From assembly GCF_006345805.1 (NCBI RefSeq), contig NW_021830001.1, positions 1-5,378 of the forward strand: a stretch of DNA of 5,378 nucleotides, written 5' to 3'. Source of the stretch: Octopus sinensis. Taxonomy: Eukaryota. The notes under the pieces are model-generated. The model saw only the letters and a program-made list of their open reading frames with translations, had not been told where the DNA came from and made no database searches. Of this stretch, positions 1-5,378 are shown piece after piece. Both the position numbers and the translations under genes were made by a program. The number at the start of each line of letters is the position of its first letter. Positions within the stretch are counted from its first letter, which is position 1.

Positions 1-391
1 TGGCAGAAACGTTAGCACGCACGCCGCGCTAAATGTTTAGCGGTATTTCGAATGTCTTTACGCTCTGAGTTCAAATTCTGCCGCGATCGACTTTGCCTTT
101 CATCCTTCCTGGGTCGATTAAATAAGTACCAGTTACGCACTGGGGTCGATATAATCGACTTAATCCGTTGTCTATCCTTGTTTGTCCCCTCTGTGTTTAG
201 CCCCTTGTGGGTAGTAAAAAAATAGGTATTTCGACTGTTTATGCTCTGAGTTCAAATTCTACCGCGATCGACTTTGCCTTTCATCCTTCCGGGGTCGATA
301 AATTAAGTACCAGTTGCGTACTGGAGTCGATCCAATTGACTGGCCCCCTCCCCCCAAAATTTCGGGCCTTGTGCCTAGAGTAGAAAAGAAT
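1..391 (+). mobile_element. Dimeric tRNA-derived SINE (octopus-type); 5' end probably lies just before the window
   Basis: A-box-like TGGCAGAAACG at 1-11 and B-box-like GAGTTCAAATTC at 67-78, repeated at 248-259. Two internal direct units (42-160 and 225-340) differ at 8 of 90 nt over 61-150 vs 242-331 (counted by eye). Ends in ...GTGCCTAGAGTAGAAAAGAAT. Assignment to octopus SINEs is from recall. Confidence 0.85.
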
Positions 392-467
392 ATACTAGTT
401 CTGTATAAGATAATGTTTGCACCGTGTAAAATATATACTTAAATATATTTTACATCTGTCATCACGA

Positions 468-606
468 TACACACATGGACACATACATACATACGTAGAT
501 ACATAAGTACATACATATATACATACATACATACATACATATATATATATATATATTATCTATATATTATATTATATATATATATATATATTATGTATGT
601 ATGTAT
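468..606. repeat. Compound microsatellite (TACA)n-(TA)n-(TATG)n
   Basis: Direct reading of the sequence. Confidence 0.95.
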
Positions 607-685
607 AATGGTCTGTACATATGTCTGGCTATGTTTGGAGTTAAAAAAACCTGTTAAGTCTTTTCTTGATTTAGCGAGATGTTTA

Positions 686-840
686 ATTTTCTTATTCTTC
701 CATTTTCCTTTTTTCTTCTTCTTATTCCTCTTCTTCGTCTTCTTCTACTTCTCATTCTCCCCTAACCCCTCCTCCTCCTCCCTCCCCCTACTTTCATTTT
801 ACTTCACATTTTTTTAATTTCTTGATTGTATTTTTTTCCT
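686..840 (+). repeat. Low-complexity polypyrimidine tract (TTC/CCT-rich)
   Basis: Almost purely C/T on the + strand, with (TTC)n and (CCT)n stretches. Confidence 0.85.
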
Positions 841-856
841 CCACACCAAATTGTAA

Positions 857-954
857 AATAATTATAATAAAACAACGATAACGACAACAACTACAGTAAC
901 AACAACAGCAACGATAATGATGATGATGATGATAATAATAATAATAATAATAAT

Positions 955-987
<33 letters not shown>

Positions 988-1009
988 CACATTGATAATA
1001 ACAATAATC
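857..1009. repeat. Compound trinucleotide microsatellite (AAC/GAC)n-(GAT)n-(AAT)n
   Basis: Direct reading; the triplet units grade into one another. Confidence 0.95.
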
Positions 1010-1105
1010 ATATATTCCTCTTGTTAGATCTGATCAGAATCGTTTTTGTAGTTAAAAATTTTTTTATTATTATTTGTCTTCTTTTTTCCCTTCCCATTAA
1101 GTTGC

Positions 1106-1282
1106 GTATCTATATATATCTGTCTGTCTGTATGTACGCATGTATGTATGTATGTATGTATGTGTGTATGTATGTATGTATGTATGTATGTATGTATGTA
1201 TGTATGTATGTATACGCATATGCGTGAGTGTGTGCGAGAGTGAGAAAGAGTGAGAGAGCGTGAGAGTGTGCATACATAAACG

Positions 1283-1326
<44 letters not shown>

Positions 1327-1590
1327 TATAGACACATGTGTATATTATATATATATATACATACATATGTGTGTGTGTATGCTTGAAATATGTATATATA
1401 TACATATATTAATATATATATATTATATATATATTATATTATATATAATGTGTGTGTGTGTATGTATGTATGTATGTATGTATGTATGTATGTATGTATG
1501 TGTGTGTGTATGTTGTATGTATGCATGTATGTATGTATGTATGTATGTAGGTATGTATGTATGTATGTATGTATATGTATGTATGTATGT
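1106..1590. repeat. Long compound microsatellite: (TATG)n, (GA/GT)n, (CA)n, (TA)n, (TG)n, (TATG)n
   Basis: Direct reading. It accounts for the YVCM/HTYI-repeat ORFs. Confidence 0.95.
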
Positions 1591-1892
1591 CTGGTCGTGT
1601 TTTCTGTTCAGTGAGGAGTCCAGAGTGCAACGGTGATAAGAGAACGATAAAATGTCCAAGACAAACATTGTACAAGACACCACAGCAATTATTTCGATTT
1701 CAGATAAACACGATTACACAGCACAGTTCGCATTGTCATCAAAGATGGCCGATGTAAGGGGAGATAATAGCGGATGTACGTGATTTAGACTAGAGTCGAT
1801 GGGAAATTTAGAAGCTGTGATAGCTAGATTCAACAGATAGACTGGGATCCTGGCTAAACTCTCGCTTTTTACTGCTGACTGTGGTACAGGCT

Positions 1893-2344
1893 ATGTGTGT
1901 GTGAGCGTGTGTGAGTGAGCGTGTGTGTGTGTGTGTGTGTGGTGTGTGTGTGTGTGTGTGTGTTCGTATTTAAGGATATGTGTCTTGTAGGTATATATGT
2001 ATGATATATATATCCGAATGCATGTATGTATATGAGTGGTATAACTGTATATACGTGTGTTGTGTATCTATCTTTGTGTGTTTGTGTGTATGAGAATGAA
2101 ATAGAACGTATGTATGTATATCCTTATGTGCATGTATACGTGATGTTTATATGTATGCATGAATGTGCGTTTGAATGTATGTGCTTATGTTTGTGTGTGT
2201 GCGTGTGTGTATATATATATATATATATATACCTGGATGTTTATATATGTATGAAAATGCATCAGAACGTATGTATGAGTGAATGTATGTATGAATGTAT
2301 ACATACATACATACATACTATGTATGAATGTATACATACATGTA
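1893..2344. repeat. (GT)n microsatellite followed by degenerate TATG/TGAATG/TACA low-complexity sequence
   Basis: (GT)n at about 1895-1963, then degenerate repeats running up to the SINE at 2345. Confidence 0.9.
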
Positions 2345-2506
2345 TATACGACAGGCTTCTTTTAGTTTCCGTCGACAAAATCCAATCACAAGGCTTTGGT
2401 CGACACTAGGCTATAGTAGAAGACACTTGCCCAAGGTGTCACGCAGTGGGACTGAACCCGGAACCATGTGGTTGGGAAGCAAGCTACTTACCACACAGCC
2501 ACCCCT
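2345..2506 (-). mobile_element. tRNA-derived CORE-like SINE (octopus OR-type), 5' half only
   Basis: Reverse complement of 4581-4742 with about 15 mismatches in about 160 nt (counted by eye). Has the head AGGGGTGGCTGTGTGGTAAG, B-box-like GGGTTCAGTCCC, and the CCTTGGGCAAG motif characteristic of CORE-SINEs (MIR-like core). The 3' half seen at 4780-4980 is absent. Confidence 0.9.
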
Positions 2507-2534
2507 GAGCCTATGTATATATATGTATATATAC

Positions 2535-2660
2535 ATTAATCAGCCGAAATTGCGAAGATGATCCGGTTTTTGACTGAAGATCGAAGGCTTCAAATGTCCC
2601 GTCCGTTTTTTTGTATCGTCTTCTAAATGTTTTGCATTCTTGTCTCAGTTTGTGTTTTTT
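2535..2660. repeat. Fragment of an unclassified interspersed repeat
   Basis: Complex CpG-rich island between microsatellites that resembles a recurrent octopus repeat from memory. Shares the 11-mer ATCAGCCGAAA (2539-2549) with the minus-strand hammerhead motif (5142-5132). Class not determined. Confidence 0.4.
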
Positions 2661-2669
2661 TACATTTAT

Positions 2670-2681
2670 CCTATATATAGA

Positions 2682-2727
<46 letters not shown>

Positions 2728-2766
2728 GTGAGAGGAGAGAGAGACAGAGAGAGAGAAGGCGAGAGT
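2670..2766. repeat. (TA)n followed by degenerate (GA)n microsatellite
   Basis: Direct reading. Confidence 0.9.
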
Positions 2767-2998
2767 GATATTTGTTATATGGTCTACTTATATATTTTCG
2801 AACATCTCACAACGGTTAAATGGTTTCGAAACCAGAACCATTGTCTTTCAGTGGAACTAAAACAATACGAAGTCGAAAACCAATTTCTCAAGGCTGGTGC
2901 AGAGTCAGTTCCACATCGAAAGAATCGCATAGCCCTACTCCTCCCCTCAAATAAGCGACATTACTCCACCATTAGACATCGATATTTACCCGTCTGTT

Positions 2999-3384
2999 GG
3001 AGGCGCAATGGCCCAGTGGTTAGGGCAGCGGACTCGCGGTCGGGGGATCACGGTTTCGATTCCCAGACCGGGCATTGTGAGTGTTTATTGAGCGAAAACA
3101 CCTAAAGCTTCACGAGGCTCCGGCAGGGGGTGGTGGTGAACTCTGCTGTACTCTTTCACCACAACTTTCTCTCGCTCTTTCTTCCTGTTTCTCTTGTACC
3201 TGTATTTCAAAGGGTCAGCCTTGTCACATTCTGGTGTGTCACGCTGAATCTCCTCGAGAACTACGTTAAGGGTACACGTGTCTGTGGAGTGCTCAGCCAC
3301 TTGCACGTTAATATCACGAGCAAGCTGTTCCGTTGATCGTATCAGCTGGGACCCTCATCGTCGCAACCGACGGAGTGCTCCTAC
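2999..3384 (+). mobile_element. Full-length tRNA-derived SINE (head resembles tRNA-Arg) with a 12-bp target-site duplication
   Basis: A box TGGCCCAGTGG at 3009-3019 and B box GGTTTCGATTCCC at 3052-3064. Flanked by the exact direct repeat TACCCGTCTGTT at 2987-2998 and 3385-3396. Short CTAC-type tail. The head has no acceptor-stem pairing, so it is not a real tRNA. Confidence 0.92.
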
Positions 3385-3399
3385 TACCCGTCTGTTACC

Positions 3400-3403
3400 T
3401 TTT
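3400..3403 (+). terminator. Candidate Pol III terminator (TTTT) for the 2999-3384 SINE
   Basis: First T4 run after the SINE start; there is no T4 inside 2999-3384. Confidence 0.4.
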
Positions 3404-3562
3404 CTAACCTATTGGTTCCCAATCATCATCATGTCTCTTCGTCTTGACTTTGCTATATCGTACCAGACTGGATTCGAACTAAGAACCTACATTTCTGAAT
3501 TAATGCCGAAATTATCATTTGTCCCATTGATGCAAGTACAAAAGTACGTACTTATACATATA

Positions 3563-3934
3563 CAGTAGAACCTCGCAGTACGAGTACCTCGTTGTACGAG
3601 TAATTTGCTGTACGAGCCGAGACTCATGCGAATTTTTGTCTTGAAGTACGAGCGAAAATCCGCATTACGAGCACACAAATCGTCCCATCTTTAAGGTAAT
3701 CCAGTTAATAAAACCAGTTTACATATTTCATTTGCATTTCTATAATTGTCATTTTATTTGCAACAACACCTAAAACCCATAAGGATTTATTTTTCAGTGG
3801 TTTCATTGGGGCTGGAACGGATTAACTATATTTTCGTTAGTTTCAATGGGGAAAATATTGATTTGTAAAGCGAGTAAATAATAAGACGAGCTCGGTCACG
3901 GAACGAATTAAACTCGTACTGCGAGGTATCACAA
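3563..3934. mobile_element. Non-autonomous Tc1/mariner superfamily (pogo/Tigger-like) MITE, 372 bp
   Basis: Perfect 16-bp inverted repeat ACCTCGCAGTACGAGT (3570-3585) / ACTCGTACTGCGAGGT (3912-3927), each 7 nt from a flanking TA (3561-3562 and 3935-3936). Left end begins CAGT. AT-rich interior with no ORF; subterminal TACGAG repeats. Confidence 0.88.
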
Positions 3935-3945
3935 TATTATATATT

Positions 3946-4044
3946 GGTTTCAAATTTTGGCACAAAATTTCGAGGAGGGGAGTAAGTCGATTACTTCGAT
4001 ACCAGCGTATCACTGGTACTTATTTTATCCACCAGAAAAGGATG
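3946..4044 (-). mobile_element. 5'-truncated, diverged 3' fragment related to the SINE at 1-391
   Basis: The reverse complement reads CATCCTTTTCTGGTGGATAAAATAAGTACCAGTG...AATCGACTTACTCCCC...AAATTTTGTGCC, which aligns with about 282-375. Similarity stops abruptly at 4044. Confidence 0.8.
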
Positions 4045-4302
4045 TGTTTCCGGACACAGCGTTTAAACAGCAAGAAGAAATGCTGCAAAGTATTGTGTCC
4101 AGCGTTCGAATGATTCTATCAGTCCAGTATTCTAATTAGCATCGGACAGGAAATTAATCTAAAATTAAGGGAAAGTGATTATCACCTTGTAATTATGTAC
4201 CGTGCTTTCGGTAATTCTTTCAGAAGCCTGTGTAGTTGCGAGCAGAGCTATCCTGTTAGCCCTCCCGCCCTTGACCTTGTGGAACATTACAGATCTAAGA
4301 GC

Positions 4303-4304
<2 letters not shown>

Positions 4305-4334
<30 letters not shown>
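4305..4334. repeat. (GA)15 microsatellite
   Basis: Direct reading. Confidence 0.97.
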
Positions 4335-4337
<3 letters not shown>

Positions 4338-4580
4338 GGGAGGGGGAGACAAGGGGTGGAGAGAGAAAATTAAAATATTGTTGCACAGACCAAAGGTGAC
4401 TGTATAATGTCCAAACATGATGGAGGATTACAGCCTGTCTCACACAAGGAATGGTTTTTCGAGCGAGAAAACATGCACCCCACCCCCACCCAAAACTAAA
4501 TAGAATTGCAACACGTCTTCCTCTCTACCGCAAGCTCTTTCCGGACTCTTCTTTTCATAATCTCTGATTATTTTCACAGC

Positions 4581-4980
4581 AGGAGTGGCTGTGTGGTAAG
4601 TAGCTTGTCTACCAACCACATGGTTCCGGGTTCAGTCCCACTGCGTGGCACATTGGGTAAGTGTCTTCTACTATAGCCTCGGGCCGACCAAAGCCTTGTG
4701 AGTGGATTTGGTAGACGGAAACTGAAAGAAGCCCGTCGTATATATGTATATATATATATGCCTGTGTGTGTTTGTGTGTCTGTATTTGTCCCCCTAGCAT
4801 TGCTTGACAACCGATGCTGGTGTGTTTATGTACCCGTTACTTAGCGGTTCGGCAAAAGGGGCGATAAAATAAGTACTGGGCTTACAAAAGAATAAGTCCC
4901 GGGGTCGAGTTGCTCGATTAAAGGCGGTGCTCCAGCATGGCCGCAGTCAAAATGACTGAAACGAGTAAAAGAATAAAAGA
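4581..4980 (+). mobile_element. Full-length tRNA-derived CORE-like SINE (octopus OR-type) with an internal (TA)/(TG) microsatellite
   Basis: Head AGGAGTGGCTGTGTGGTAAG, B-box-like GGGTTCAGTCCC at 4628-4639, CORE-like CATTGGGTAAGTGTC, internal microsatellite at about 4738-4782, 3' half ending in the A-rich tail GTAAAAGAATAAAAGA. No TSD found. Confidence 0.88.
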
Positions 4981-5023
4981 GTATCAGAACTACATTTAAA
5001 AGAAGTGTGTGAAAAATCAGAAG

Positions 5024-5027
5024 AAAA
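5024..5027 (-). terminator. Candidate Pol III terminator for the hammerhead-bearing element
   Basis: First T4 on the minus strand downstream of the head at 5304 (AAAA on +); a T5 follows at 5016-5012. Confidence 0.35.
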
Positions 5028-5042
5028 CATGAGATGCATATT

Positions 5043-5304
5043 ACAGTTCTATATTTAAGAGATGAGGAATTATTTACATTATTTACGTTTGACGGATATT
5101 TGTCCTCATCTTGTTTGTTGTTAACACAAAGTTTCGGCTGATATACCCTCCAGCCTTCATCAGGTGTCTTGGGGAAATTTCGAACCTGGGTTCTCATTCC
5201 TAAGGTATTTTTTCGATGTCATTATTATTCAGATCACTACTTGGAATCGAACTCGGAATCTTGGGGTTAGTAGCCCGCGCTCTTAACCACTACGCCATAT
5301 GCCC
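5043..5304 (-). mobile_element. tRNA-headed SINE-like element carrying a hammerhead ribozyme motif
   Basis: Minus strand: GGGCATATGGCGTAGTGGTTAAGAGCGCGGGCTACTAACCCC... with A box TGGCGTAGTGG (5297-5287), an anticodon-like GGG-CTACTAA-CCC hairpin and B box GAGTTCGATTCC (5254-5243). Then a short (AAT)n, the hammerhead core at 5168-5123, and a 9-bp stem near the 3' end (5060-5068 with 5103-5111). The 3' boundary is approximate. Confidence 0.8.
5123..5168 (-). ncRNA. Minimal type I hammerhead ribozyme motif (probably defective in this copy)
   Basis: RNA: GACAC-CUGAUGA-A-GGCUG-GAGGGUAUAU-CAGCC-GAAA-C-UUU-GUGUU. Stem I is GACAC/GUGUU, the core is CUGAUGA, stem II is GGCUG/CAGCC, followed by GAAA. 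Predicted scissile bond between 5128 and 5127. Stem III reads ACUU, not the self-complementary ACGU. Confidence 0.7.
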
Positions 5305-5320
5305 ACGGTATTTTTTGATG

Positions 5321-5330
5321 TTGTTGTTGC

Positions 5331-5378
<48 letters not shown>
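5321..5378. repeat. (TTG)n-(TTA)n microsatellite running off the window end
   Basis: Direct reading. Confidence 0.95.

Noticed and set aside
42-340. Direct repeats with a spacer, superficially CRISPR-like
   Set aside because: Only two units of about 110-120 bp in eukaryotic SINE context, with no cas genes and no regular short repeat-spacer array.
593-817. 74-aa Phe-rich ORF resembling a membrane peptide
   Set aside because: It is the translation of a polypyrimidine low-complexity tract.
1021-1757. Multiple overlapping ORFs of 66-103 aa (YVCM/HTYI repeats)
   Set aside because: They are translations of TATG, TA and TG microsatellites, open on both strands because those repeats lack stop codons.
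2999-3075. Possible tRNA gene
   Set aside because: A and B boxes are present but there is no acceptor stem, and the sequence continues into a TSD-flanked SINE body.
2611-3105. Longest ORF (164 aa)
   Set aside because: It starts at a non-ATG codon, crosses (TA)n and (GA)n microsatellites, ends inside a SINE, and shows no recognisable domain.
3150-3218. Polypyrimidine tract plus AG inside the SINE as a cryptic splice acceptor
   Set aside because: No evidence of a host transcript or a matching donor; such tracts are common in SINE bodies.
3462-3486. Minus-strand GTTCTTAGTTCGAATCC, a B-box-like remnant resembling the head of the 1-391 SINE
   Set aside because: Only about 25 nt of similarity with no A box or body. 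It lies on the wrong side to be the missing head of the 3946-4044 fragment.
4841-5197. 118-aa minus-strand ORF
   Set aside because: It spans two unrelated SINE-type elements and the spacer between them, and has no RT or endonuclease motifs.
5232-5304. Possible tRNA gene on the minus strand (loop CUACUAA)
   Set aside because: The acceptor stem does not pair and the sequence runs into (AAT)n and a repeat body, so it is treated as a SINE head.

Overview
Non-coding, repeat-dense animal genomic DNA. I recognise the repeat types from memory as octopus/coleoid cephalopod; this is not database-checked. No credible protein-coding region: the listed ORFs are read-throughs of microsatellites or SINEs. 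The window contains several tRNA-headed SINEs (a dimeric one at 1-391, an inverted pair of CORE-like copies at 2345-2506 and 4581-4980, and an intact copy with a 12-bp target-site duplication at 2999-3384), a TA-flanked Tc1/mariner-pogo-type MITE (3563-3934), and many compound microsatellites. The main observation is a minus-strand element at about 5043-5304 in which a tRNA-like Pol III head (A and B boxes) is joined to a minimal type I hammerhead ribozyme motif (CUGAUGA-stem II-GAAA closed by stem I). That suggests a SINE/retrozyme hybrid, and there are signs of tandem organisation. This copy appears to have a stem III defect and may be inactive.
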